Shown piece after piece: positions 26,601-38,389 of a stretch of 64,000 nucleotides of DNA. The DNA is from Eledone cirrhosa (taxonomy: Eukaryota). The DNA is taken from positions 39,990,001-40,054,000 of the forward strand of contig OZ024745.1 in assembly GCA_964016885.1 (NCBI GenBank). Reading direction: 5' to 3'. Within the stretch, counting starts at the first letter, position 1. Every line of letters begins with the position of its first letter. The notes beneath the pieces were generated by a model that was not told where the DNA came from, made no database searches, and worked only from the letters and a program-made list of their open reading frames with translations. The translations under genes and the position numbers were made by a program.

Positions 26601-27349
26601 TGTATGGAAAATACCCAGAGCGAGCTAACAATCCTGATGTTGACAAAACTTTAACCCATCAGTGGTTGGCATCCTCTGGACTGAAATCGGAGACTGAAGG
26701 ACTGATTATATCGGCACAAGATCAGTGTCTGCCAACAAAAAATTACCAAGCCAACATAATAAAAAATGGGTGCAGCCCATTATGCCGTGTATGCAAAAAA
26801 CAACCAGAGACCATTGACCATATAATTTCAATGTGCAGTCCTATAGCTCCAACCGAATACCTAAACAGGCATGACAGAGCTGCACAATACATACATTGGA
26901 TAATGTGTAAGCATTTTGACCTGCCCCATCAAAAGAATTGGTGGGAGCATCAACCACCTCCCATACTTGAAAAAGATCACATCTCAATCTTGTGGAACTT
27001 TAGCATCCAAACAGACCGAAAAATAGATGCAAATAGACCTGATATAATATTGAAGGACTTTCAAAGGAGGGTATGCCTGCTAATTGATATGTCTGTTCCA
27101 ATAGACAAGAATGTATCTATAAAAACATTTGAAAAATTGAGCAAGTATAAGGACCTGGAGATAGAAATTGGAAAAATGTGGAAATTGAGAACTAAAACAA
27201 TACCAGTGGTTGTAGGCGCTCTGGGAATGATACCTAAGGGGTCTGACGACTACTTATCGCAAATCCCAGGAAACCCGCGTATAGGAGAAATACAAAAGAT
27301 AGTACTAATGGGAACTGCCCATATACTAAGGAAGATCCTGTCAATATAA
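23699..27349 (+). CDS. R4/Dong non-LTR retrotransposon protein: RT plus CCHC plus restriction-like endonuclease (1216 aa)
   Basis: KSPGKDKI, NYRPITCL, EQKGC, WIDYKKAFDS, GIFQGDSLSPLLF, HLFYMDDLKL, YKYLG, GGRGL, CRVC..ETIDHIISMC, RHD, RPDIIL..IDM..K..KY. Confidence 0.95.
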   Translation: MSNDEISYRIGRHPGKKGPRPSERNQTGVEKSANGSNLPITSELETSHNRNTPTVGPPCSPPRNPKKKREKWSREDNKEVLEAFYTAMYYPSNTSNTEQTYINWKKKHPENRGYIDSNKLANIRRNIVRKKLLTDIEIDQIKLVAQSQRRENEACVSENEVNCNTSNPRVGAESLATEQIKERSEKVEGVHAQDETPNENNEIVNDKEMNENELANLKDEIMIEWMKMKESDMGERDTLPKIQNSKQNQKIIHKTNIILKNIIITNKLSITDLNHLYYASAKVTTHLCGVKMKKQRNSHKKSTWQDNINRQINLLRSDIEILTNYKVGEHVKQTKLRKLKKKYSIRSTCDIDMLIETIKQKVSAKAARIRRFEKRSRFYKDNNMFKNNQRNFYRKIGKSTITAKSIPPKEEVQEFWEKIWAEEKVHNIHAPWIDRQMKETAHLEEQTWENITVEQLRLALRKTSKWKSPGKDKIQNFWINAFTESHELLAQLYNEIVKEPEKIPSWLVNGITFLLPKNDETNNPKNYRPITCLTTMYKILTSVLTEYTYDHLITNDLFPIEQKGCKRGSYGCKDQLLVNKMILEDCHNRHKNLSIAWIDYKKAFDSLPHSWIEKCLEIFKISPVIRRFLSFSMRTWRTTLLLNSETKSLEAGEVNINCGIFQGDSLSPLLFCIALIPLSKMLNETKHGYRVYDKTINHLFYMDDLKLFAKNDEQLQGLLSTVKQFSDDIKMEFGLDKCAKATFTRGKLLKSSDINLDRGNVIRELDQEQTYKYLGVCEGDGIKHSTMRERIRKECYRRVRAILRTELNARNRIDAINTLAIPVVTYSYNVINWSSTEIRRLDTKIRKFLTMHRMHHPKADIDRIYLPRKEGGRGLIQLDIALKTATIGLSTYLRESHDWMIKLVLKHESTKRSYSITKDAQRYSNGLQISEVPFTAEMENTEKAKQVKVTAKKELLQKLAKKWQEKPLYGKYPERANNPDVDKTLTHQWLASSGLKSETEGLIISAQDQCLPTKNYQANIIKNGCSPLCRVCKKQPETIDHIISMCSPIAPTEYLNRHDRAAQYIHWIMCKHFDLPHQKNWWEHQPPPILEKDHISILWNFSIQTDRKIDANRPDIILKDFQRRVCLLIDMSVPIDKNVSIKTFEKLSKYKDLEIEIGKMWKLRTKTIPVVVGALGMIPKGSDDYLSQIPGNPRIGEIQKIVLMGTAHILRKILSI

Positions 27350-27519
27350 GTACATCACAAGTCTAAACACTAAGGATGCATGTGTGAATATGTGTGTTCT
27401 TTCTTGAACATGGCGGACCTTGTTGTCTCTTGAGGTCACTGGTTGTGACTTGGTGATAACTCGTATAAACATAAAGCAAGATAAATGCAAATAATAATAA
27501 TAATAATAATAATAATAAT

Positions 27520-30500
27520 CATTTGTGAAATAACAATTCTTAGTACAAATGCTACGTAAAGCATCCGGCTTGAGCCCCAAAAAAATTCGGACCCAAAATA
27601 TATTGTTATAAGGCTCAAATATTCAAATATTCAACTTTGTAATGTACATTGTATATTCAAAAAAGAAAATGGCTATAAATGGAAGAAGAACCCCCCCTCC
27701 CTCTCTGTCTACGCTATATAGAACAGCCAAACAACACCAGAAACTAGATACAACACCTACCCCATCACCTCTCTGTGTACACTAAACACAACAGCCAGAT
27801 AACGGCAATTTCACCACCACCACACACTACTGCCATCATTACCACCACTATCCCATCACCGCCGCCACCACTCCCTCATTGCTGCCACCGCTACAACACC
27901 ATCGCTACAGTAATACGATCACATCACCGCCACCACTGCCTCGGTATCGACATCACCACCACCACTGTCTCAGTATCGATACCGTCGCTATTGTCTCCCA
28001 CATCTCCCCGCCGCCACCACTCCTTCAATGCTACCACCACTATTCCCCTGTTAACTTGAGAGAGAAAGGGGAAGGTGGCGGTATCACTAGACAAGGGAGA
28101 GGCTAGCAAAATATATAAATAGATTGACTTAGTGACCTGGCCACATCAACAATTATGGGACTGCTGGCTCACCCCTTCCTCACCAACAATATAAAAAAAC
28201 CCGGTACCACCACCGACATAGCCAACAACAATAACAGCGAACCACAACAAAAAGTATATTATATTATTGTAATGCACTGGGTGATTGCTGGCCTTGTGCC
28301 TGGAGTGGAGACAATTATTAATAATTTCATTCTTAAGCCACGCAATGCTCACATTAAGGAACCACTCATGATAATAACAATTTAAAAAAACAACAAAACG
28401 AAAACCCCGCGACCAAGAAATACCGGGATGGCGGCCGGCGGGGAATAGCCGTGTCTCTAGGGGAGAACGACCCCTCTAGTCTTGGTTGACACTCGTTCTA
28501 GAAGTGGTAACACGAAATGATCACCCCTTGGCGGATAAGGATAAAACGCGACAAAATAAAGTAAATGTCTAATGATAAAATCTCATACCGGATCGGCCGT
28601 CACCCGGGTAAAAAAGGGCCGCGTCCCTTAGAGAGGAAGCAGACTGGGGTCGAAAAATCAGCTAATGGTTCAAACCTTCCCATCACTTCGGAGCTGGAGA
28701 CCTCCCATAACCGGAATACTCCTACTGTTGGCCCTCCATGCTCACCACCAAGAAATTCAAAGAAAAAGAGAGAAAAATGGTCAAGGGAAGATAATAAAGA
28801 AGTCCTTGAGGCTTTCTACACTGCCATGTACTACCCATCAAATACATCGAATACAGAACAGACATATATCAACAGGAAAAAGAAACATCCCGAAAAAAGA
28901 GGCTATATTGACAGCAACAAACTAGCCAATATACGAAGAAATATTGTAAGAAAAAAGTTACTAACTGATATAGAAATTGATCAGATCAAGCTATTAGCTC
29001 AAAGTCAGCGAGGGGAAAATGAAACGTGTGTCAGTGAAAACGAGGTAAACTGTAACACTTCGAATCCCAGGGTTGGGGCGGAATCACTGGCAACAGAAAA
29101 CATTAAAGAAAGGATCGAAAAAGTGGAGGGAGTGCATGCTCAGGATGAAACTCCAAATGAAAATAATGAGATCGTAAATGATAAAGAAATGAATGAGAAT
29201 GAACTTGCCAACTTGAAGGATGAAATTATGATCGAATGGATGAAAATGAAAGAATCTGACATGGGGCAACGAGACACCCTCCCTAAGATCCAGAACTCCA
29301 AACAGAACCAAAAGATAATACACAAGACTAACATAATTCTCAAAAACATTATCATCACAAACAAACTAAACATTACTGATTTAAATCATCTCTATTATGC
29401 ATCGGCTAAAGTCACCACTCACTTATGTGGGGTGAAGATGAAAAAACAAAGGAATTCCCACAAGAAATCTACTTGGCAAGAGAACATCAATCGCCAAATA
29501 AACCTTCTCCGATCTGACATAGAAATGTTAACAAACTATAAAGTAGGTGAACATGTTAAACAAACTAAACTTAGAAAATTCAAAAAAAAGTACAGTATAA
29601 AATCAACATGTGACACAGACATGCTGATAGAAATAATCAAGCAAAAAGTGTCGGCCAAAGCTGCTCGTATAAGGCGCTTTCAAAAACGATCTAGATTCTA
29701 TAAGGACAATAATATGTTCAAAAACAACCAAAGAAACTTCTACAGAAAAATTGGTAAGTCAACAATAACTGCTAAATCAATACCACCCAAAGAGGAAGTG
29801 CAAGAATTCTGGGAAAAGATCTGGGCCGAAGAAAAAGTTCATAACATACATGCCCCATGGATAGTAGACAGACAAATGAAAGATACAGCTCACCTTGAGG
29901 AACAAACATGGGAAAATATAACAGTTGAACAGTTGCGCTTGGCTCTAAGAAAAACCAGCAGATGGAAATCCCCAGGAAAAGACAAAATACAAAATTTTTG
30001 GATAAATGCCTTCACAGAGTCTCATGAGCTGTTAGCACAACTTTACAATGAAATAGTTAAGGAGCGAGAAAAGATACCTTTATGGCTAGTTAACGGCATT
30101 ACATTCCTGCTTCCGAAGAATGATGAGACAAACAATCCCAAAAATTACAGACCGATAACTTGCTTGACCACAATGTATAAAATTTTAACATCAGTCCTAA
30201 CTGAATACACATATGACCACCTGATAACAATTGACCGATTTCCCATTGAGCAGATAGGGTGTAAACGAGGCTCATATGGCTGTAAGGATCAGCTTCTGGT
30301 TAACAAAATGATACTGGAAGATTGTCATAATAGACACAAAAATCTATCGATTGCTTGGATAGATTATAAAAAAGCATTTGATAGTTTTGCACACAGTTGG
30401 ATTGAAAAATGTTTAGAGATTTTCAAAGTATCCCCCGTTGCTAGGAGGTTTTTGTCATTCAGTATGAAGACATGGAAAACGACACTCCTTTTGAATAGTG

Positions 30501-32362
30501 AAACAAAATCACTGGAAGCTGGAGAAGTTAATATTAAGTGTGGAATTTTTAAGGGTGACTCTTTATCACCGCTTCTATTCTGCATCGCACTTATACCATT
30601 AAGTAAAATGCTCAATGAAACAAAACATGGATATAAAGTCTATGACAAAACCATTAATCACCTGTTCTACATGGATGACCTGAAACTATTTGCAAAAAAT
30701 GATGAACAATTGCAAGGGCCATTATCCACTGTGAAGCAGTTCAGTGATGACATTAAAATGGAGTTTGGACTAGATAAATGCGCCAAAGCAACGTTCACAG
30801 AGGAAAGCTGCTGAAGAGTTCAGACATTAATCTTGATCGGGGGAACGTGATAAGAGAACTTGATCAAGAAAAAACTTACAAATATCTAGGTGTTTGTGAA
30901 GGAGACGGAATCAAGAACTCGACAAAGAGGGAAAGGATAAGGAAGGAATGTTACCGCAGAGTGAGAGCAATCTTAAAAAACGGAATTGAATGCCAGGAAT
31001 AGGATCGATGCCATAAACACGCTTGCCATACCAGTAGTAACCTACAGTTACAATGTCATCAACTGGTCAAGCACAGAGATCCGTAGGCTCGATACAAAAA
31101 TTCGAAAATACTTAACCATGCACAGAATGCATCACCCTAAAGCAGATATAGATAGAATATATCTCCCTAGGAAAGAAGGAGGACGTGGGTTAATCCAGTT
31201 AGACATTGCGTTGAAAACTGCAACAATTGGATTATCTACATATCTAAGGGAATCACATGATTGGATGATCAAACTCGTTTTGAAACACGAAAGCATCAAA
31301 AGATCATATTCCATTACAAAAGATGCACAAAGATACAGTAATGGACTACAAATTTCAGAAGTCCCATTTACTGCTGAAATGGAAAACACAGAAAAAGCAA
31401 AGCAGGTAAAAGTAACTGCAAAGAAAGAACTGCTACAGAAACTGGCTAAGAAATGGCAAGAAAAGCCTCTGTATGGAAAATACCCAGAGCGAGCTAACAA
31501 TCCTGATGTTGACAAAACTTTAACCCATCAGTGGTTGGCATCCTCTGGACTGAAATCGGAGACTGAAGGACTGATTATATCGGCACAAGATCAGTGTCTG
31601 CCAACAAAAAATTACCAAGCCAACATAATAAAAAATGGGTGCAGCCCATTATGCCGTGTATGCAAAAAACAACCAGAGACCATTGACCATATAATTTCAA
31701 TGTGCAGTCCTATAGCTCCAACCGAATACCTAAACAGGCATGACAGAGCTGCACAATACATACATTGGATAATGTGTAAGCATTTTGACCTGCCCCATCA
31801 AAAGAATTGGTGGGAGCATCAACCACCTCCCATACTTGAAAAAGATCACATCTCAATCTTGTGGAACTTTAGCATCCAAACAGACCGAAAAATAGATGCA
31901 AACAGACCTGATATAATATTGAAAGACTTTCAAAAGAGGGTATGCCTGCTAATTGATATGTCTGTTCCAATAGACAAGAATGTATCTATAAAAACATTTG
32001 AAAAATTGAGCAAGTATAACGACCTGGAGATAGAAATTGGAAAAATGCGGAAATTGAGAACTAAAACAATACCAGTGGTTGTAGGCGCTCTGGGAATGAT
32101 ACCTAAGGGGTCTAATGATTACATATCGCAAATCCCAGGAAACCCGCGTATAGGAGAAATACAAAAGATAGTATTAATGGGAACTGCCCATATACTAAGG
32201 AAGATTCTGTCAATATAAGTACATCACAAGTCTAAACACTAAAGATGCATGTGTGAATATGTATGTTCTTTCTTGAACATGGCGGACCTTGTTGTCTCTT
32301 GAGGTCACTGGTTGTGACTTGGTGATAACTCGTATGAACATAAAGCAAGATAAATGCAACTG
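27520..32362 (+). mobile_element. R4/Dong family A, near full length, frameshifted (ORFs 28565..30814, 30778..31002, 30986..32218)
   Basis: Highly similar to 23699 ORF; indels near 30797 and 30975; QGD changed to KGD. Confidence 0.92.
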
Positions 32363-32477
32363 TAATAATAATAATAATACCATCCTTAATAATAATAACA
32401 TTCTTACCCACAGGAAGCTGTCTTCTAACTATTTAACGAAAGTATGCAGTCTGATCTGCTAGTGTTAGAATTATAAT

Positions 32478-32657
32478 AATTGTTTCTACATTTGGCACAA
32501 GGCCAGCAATTAACCAGTGTATTACTGGTGCTTTATTTTATCGACCCCATAAGGATGAAAGGCAAAGTTAACCTCGGCGGTATTTGAACTCAGAATGGCG
32601 AGGGCCGTAACTCTATGCATCAAATAATGGCGTTCGACCCTCTACCGATACTACCAA
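32478..32657 (-). mobile_element. tRNA-derived SINE copy
   Basis: Homologous to 16075-16262. Confidence 0.8.
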
Positions 32658-32664
32658 AATAATA

Positions 32665-32806
32665 ATGGTTTCTACTTTAGGCACAAGGCTAACAATTTGG
32701 GGGGGAGGGGACCTCGATTAAATCGACCCCAGTGAGTTAGTGGTACTTTATTATATTGGCCCTGTAAAGACGAAAGGCAAAGCTACTGTCGGCGGGGCTT
32801 GAACTG
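32665..32806 (-). mobile_element. tRNA-derived SINE copy, 5'-truncated
   Basis: tttctactttaggcacaagg..tcgacccc..ggtactttatt..gaaaggcaaag..ttgaact. Confidence 0.7.
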
Positions 32807-32825
32807 TTTAGATGATGAAGGGGGA

Positions 32826-32911
32826 AAGAAGAAGAAGAAGAAGAAGAAGAAGAAGAAGAAGAAGAAGAAGAAGAAGAAGAAGAAGAAGAAGAAGAAGAAG
32901 AAGAAGAAGAA
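32826..32911 (+). repeat. (GAA)n microsatellite
   Basis: Direct reading. Confidence 0.95.
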
Positions 32912-35214
32912 AAAATAATTATAGAACTAGTTAAATCATATATTATAGTTGTGTTTATCGTGTTACACTTTGTAATATGGTTGTAAATCTGTAATTGATG
33001 CTACTTGTCAATCTGTTCAGTAATGTTAATTGTTTCAAACAAATTAGATGTGGGATGAGCGCCATTTTCTATTTACTACACATATCAACCAAACCGATCC
33101 GATAGTGTTTTGAATATTAAGTAAGAGAATCACAGAGATAATCATAACATTTTGCTGTCTCACAGACATTAAGTAAAGAAGTGAAACTATTACTTTTAGG
33201 ATTTAATGCAGCATATTTTCACTCATCCTAATTCAGACAGTATACACCCCTATACTTTTACGAAAATAAAACTGAAATTAACATTCCACAGAAATCTTTC
33301 AGATATCAAAGAGAGTGACAAAATATCAACCAAATAGCTAGCTCATTCAATAAAATATTAGTTTGGCACCATAGCGAGGTTCAAAAGGAATATATATTTA
33401 CAATGGCATGATTATAATTAATAAAAATATTGAACAATGATTTTCGTTTGAAACACATTTAAATATCAATAATTCATTTGATGAATTAGCAAATGAAAAC
33501 ATAATTACAAATATGTTTCGTAGCGTCATAGCCTCAACATAATGCCAAATTATTGAGCTTATCTCCAAAATCCGTAATTTATATCATATTTCTATATTAA
33601 TTAATAGTGCGCCAATTATATATATATATATATATATGTATATACATGTATTTTGTACATTATTTGCGAAACGAATAATTGTAGTATTATGATATACGGC
33701 AAACAATTAGACAAAACTGAAATGAAAAGAGTTCAAAATGAAGCTACTTATTGGGGACTGAACAATATAAAGACGGATTAAAATTAGCTGCATAACAGTT
33801 TAGTATTCTGTTTTATCGTCAGATTCCACTGTTGATAAAAACGTCACTGAACTACATTCGTTTCAGCGAAGACTCTTCATTTCAACTCGATAATTAAATG
33901 CGTTTGTTCTCATTTGCTCACCATTTAATTACCGTGGAACAAGAGAAATAATGACAAATTAATATTCTAAAACTGCTTAACATTACTTCCCGCCTATAAA
34001 TTTAGCTGTTCAAAGAATTTATATGAATAAATCAAAATAACTTTCATGTTGGTTAAAGCGGTGGAAGGTTAATATGAAAATCAGAGTCAGGTTGCTTAAA
34101 TAATAGGATTTTAGTAATTTTTAATTATATGTTAAACTTCGTTCTTGTTCATTTTTTAAAGTAACAAGTTCAGAGAATAAAAATATTTTCATTCGATTAT
34201 AAAAAAAATACTGTCGATATTTTGCATGCATCATTTAATGGATACCTGAAACGAAAATATTTTGTCAATATATGATGAATTTCAAACTTATTCGAAATCA
34301 ATTGAATAATATTTTGTAGCATCAATCTTTTACGGGCTGCACTACGGAGCGGATATAAAGTAAACAAATTATACATGATCGAATCCTGATGAGAGCTAAA
34401 TGATTTACCTAATACTAATGTTAGAAAGAGATAAACAAACGCCATAGTATATAGTGATTTATCTTACCACTAGTCAGATATAAAGATAAATGATTTGAGA
34501 GATTTTCAGAACTCATATTTTGGGTGGTATTATTATTCAGTGTTCTATTTCCCTCACGCTATGATTACTCAAATAGAGATATGACGAAATAATGGTTAAA
34601 TATCCCCGATATCTTACGCCAAACAAGATAACACTATATATGAAAGGCTATCAAGTATTCTAAATACTCTTTCATTATATTCTTTCTGATCACTGAATAA
34701 TTTGTCGAATTATATATTATACTTGAGGAAGTAGTTGCAAAAAATATTGCATGCATATCATAAGTAATATATAGGTAGGCAGAAAGGTAGTGACTAGCCA
34801 TTTGAAAACTCGTTAAGAAGGATTTTTTTATTATCATTTATGCAATCAGAGCAAACGATGCTAAAATTGTTTCGGAGAAGTTCGCAAAAAGCAACTTAGA
34901 AATTAAATAAATTGTGGGAGACGGGACGGAAATAGTGATAGGATATAATGCTTTCCGCAAAAGGGGCAATGGAATATGCAATTACTGAAATGGTTGTGCC
35001 AGAATATTCAGGTTACTAATATCGAAATCATTTTTTTTACAGTCAAGGTTTCGTCTATTTATTTTGTTAACTTCCAATATTATCTCATTATATGCAATAA
35101 CATATAATTCTGAAAGCATGGGTTGATAAATCTAAACGTTCTATACTAACTATGCAAAATTAACATATCCGAGACATGCGCATGGAAAACATTGCTAGCA
35201 GAAAATGAAAGGCG

Positions 35215-35950
35215 TCTAAGAAGATGGGGGATCAATGCAAGCCAGGAAACTCATAGGCTGTTTTGAATTTTAACATAAAAGAATGATTTATGTCAACAGC
35301 AAATTTGAAGTAATCTAACACTGAACATCAGACGATGGATTTAGTGTATGAGTGTAATTTTCTTTGATCCGCGTTTGAAAGTATGAGAGAGGCTCTAAGG
35401 AAATTAAAGAAGACTAGTTCTGAGAAAGTCAGCTATGATGGGACAAGAGAAAATGAAAGATAAAGGAGTGTCAAAAAGAACAATGGAGAGAATGCTAAAA
35501 TCAATGTTATTTCTCGTAGCGATCTATGGATGCGGAAGCTGGTTAATTAACAAAGAAAAGATGGAAAGAAAATAAATGAATTCGGAATGAGATGTTGATG
35601 ACGAATATTGAGCATATTATGCAGGGAAGGAAGAACACAGAGATCAATACTGCTGTAAATGAAAACTGTGAATACTTCCAATGAATTGATTGTCAAATTA
35701 TTATTTGGTCACGTCGTGGATTCGGATGTCATGTCAGGAAGAACGCAATGTTGAGTGTGTATGAAAAGCTACGTATGAAGTATAAAATAGAGTGTAGAAG
35801 GCACGTTGGATTACATGGTTGAATCAGTTTCAGGCACGTGTAAGAAATAGACAGAATTGAAGATGGACTAAGTAAAAGATTGTAAGAGTAAGAAGTCAAA
35901 AGGGGCTTCAGGGACAGAGACTTGCCTTCTAACCATGTCATGATCTAAAA
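35215..35950 (+). pseudogene. Degenerate RTE-clade LINE 3' fragment
   Basis: Traces of YGC.SW, INEFGMRC..RIL.I and FGHV typical of the RTE C-terminus. Confidence 0.55.
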
Positions 35951-36054
35951 GCAGCAACTACAAACACACAAAATATATATAGTTATATAAGGACAAGCGC
36001 CTATGTATACATACGAAACACGCACACAAACGCTCACACAAACACAAATACCAA

Positions 36055-36114
<60 letters not shown>

Positions 36115-36258
36115 GCACATATATATATGTGTGTGTGTGTTTGTGTATTTGAGTGTGAATGTGTGTCTGTGTTGTATATATATATTTAAAAGTTAAACAA
36201 GGTTCAATGAATACACCAAAGAATGAGTTTTACAATAGATTGGAAGCACTCAACTGTG

Positions 36259-36515
36259 AATTCAAAATATTAACAAAATAGATATTCTTGTGATCAATTA
36301 TATTTATTATACATATTTCAGAGGTACTGAGTTAATTTCAACAGTACGTCCTCATCATGACTGAATCTTAACCATCTATTATGTCAGGGTATATCATGTA
36401 TCATTTTATTTTATCTGATGAGGACGTACTGTTGAAATTTACTCAGTACCTCTGAAATGTGTATAATAAAATATAATTGATCACAAGAATATCTATTTTG
36501 TTAATATTTTGAATT
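36259..36515. mobile_element. Fold-back PLE pLTR with hammerhead-like motif at 36403-36472 (+)
   Basis: ~36259-36357 inverted to ~36416-36515; CTGATGA-ggacgtactg..cagtacctct-GAAA-tgtg-TA-taataaaat. Confidence 0.65.
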
Positions 36516-36541
36516 AATATTATATATATATATATATATAT

Positions 36542-37305
36542 AGCTTAAAATCGAGTGAGAATAAGAAGAAAACAAGAACGGTGGGGGGTCCTCATCATGT
36601 GTCTTCTGGTGGTCTCGAATATTTTTCACGCTTTAAAGACAAGAAAACAACCAACCAGAGCGTTCAATAACTGGGTAAGTTATTTTGAAATGGAGGAGGA
36701 GGGGGGGGTTGGAAAATAGAAGGGAAAAGGAAGAAAATAGAGAACTGAAAAAAAGCGAAAAAAGTCAGAGTAAAAAAACTCTCACATTCACTCATCCTCT
36801 CTAACGTCTTCTCTCTCCTTCTACCTACCTATTTTGTTACTATCTACTATTACCCCTCTTTCTTCCTCTCCCTTTCTCCCTCTCACTTTCACTCATCCTC
36901 TCTCTTCCTACCACCTCATTGTTTCCCTCCACTGACGCTCTAGTAGTCCTTTTCTCACTTACAATTCGCTGGGGGTCAGACATGTGTCTTTTCGCTCGCC
37001 CACACGCTCTTGAACATAAGTTCTCTTATGGCTGTGGTCTTGGATTTTCTTACCTTAAGTTGATCGCACATCGCTCGGTTTGATGGTTTTTTTTCGCTGT
37101 TTTTTTTCGCTTTTTTATCGCTGTCTTCTCTTTTCTTCCCCTTTCCTTTCTATTTCCCTTCCCTCCCTCCTCCGTTTTCCCAATAATTTACCCAGTTATT
37201 GAACGCTCTGGGCGGTAAATATCTTGTCTTTGAAGCGTAGACAACTGATGAGGAAAACACCACTCCGTTCTTGCTTTCTTCTTATTCTCACTCCATTTTA
37301 AGCTA
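36542..37305. mobile_element. Element with degenerate terminal inverted arms, probably a PLE pLTR fold-back
   Basis: 36542-36770 inverted to ~37090-37304; CTGATGAGG at ~37246. Confidence 0.5.
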
Positions 37306-37335
37306 CCTTATCTAGCAAATACACAGCCAATCCTA

Positions 37336-37540
<205 letters not shown>

Positions 37541-38389
37541 ACTCACAAGTATTGGTGCACAAACGCAGCAGTAGCAGAAAACGCGTGTTATGACATCAAT
37601 CAGTGGTGGACTGGCCAAGTTACCAGGTTGCCCAATGGCAAGTGGGCACCAGGGCGCCCACGGTAGCATTGCAAGAGCCCACAGTAGCATTTCAAACTCA
37701 CTTTTGTATTTTAGAGTCCAATGCTTTGCTTTCAAAAAATACCTGAATTCAAAGACAAAGAATAATTCTTTTTTTAAATAAATAAAACAATTGAGCAAAG
37801 CATTTGGTTAAACAATTCCCTAGGGAATTAATAGAAATCAAAATATATGATACTGCAAATAGCTGGAATGATTTACAAGTTGACCTGAAGTATGAGGAAT
37901 GACATTTACAAAGAGATGAATTACAGCGCATTATTTTGTACTGAACATTTTGAAAGTAGGTTTATAAGTATGAATTTTCATGCTATTTTCGTAGCTTCTG
38001 AGTGGACTAGCTGTATGTACTAGAGACGGTGGAGTTGATGGTCTTGGGTTCAATCCAAATCGAGAGGTACATGTAACCCTTTTCAGCTTTTATTTTACAT
38101 CCCATAGCAAAAAAAACTGAAAAAGGTTTAGCGGGGACCGTACTCCCGACCAGGATCAAACTTCAGACCAGGATCACCACCGTCTATGATTCCTCCAACT
38201 AAGCTGCCAAGACATCTACAAAAGGATGATGAAATTAATAATTATAAACCTATTTTCAAAATCCAAGTTAAAAAGATGTAGTGTTGCTTATGGCTTTCCT
38301 AGAGCTATTAGTTATATTTAGGTTCGACTTCTGAAACCTCTGGTAGCAACCATATCATTCCTAAAACAAATAATATATATATATATATA

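Larger units (their letters stand above)
22599..27490 (+). mobile_element. R4/Dong family A, full-length and apparently intact
   Basis: ~1.1 kb 5' region, single ORF, ~140 bp 3' UTR, (TAA)n at both ends. Confidence 0.92.

Noticed and set aside
37601-37700. hAT-like terminus cagtggtggactggcc
   Set aside because: No partner TIR or target duplication found
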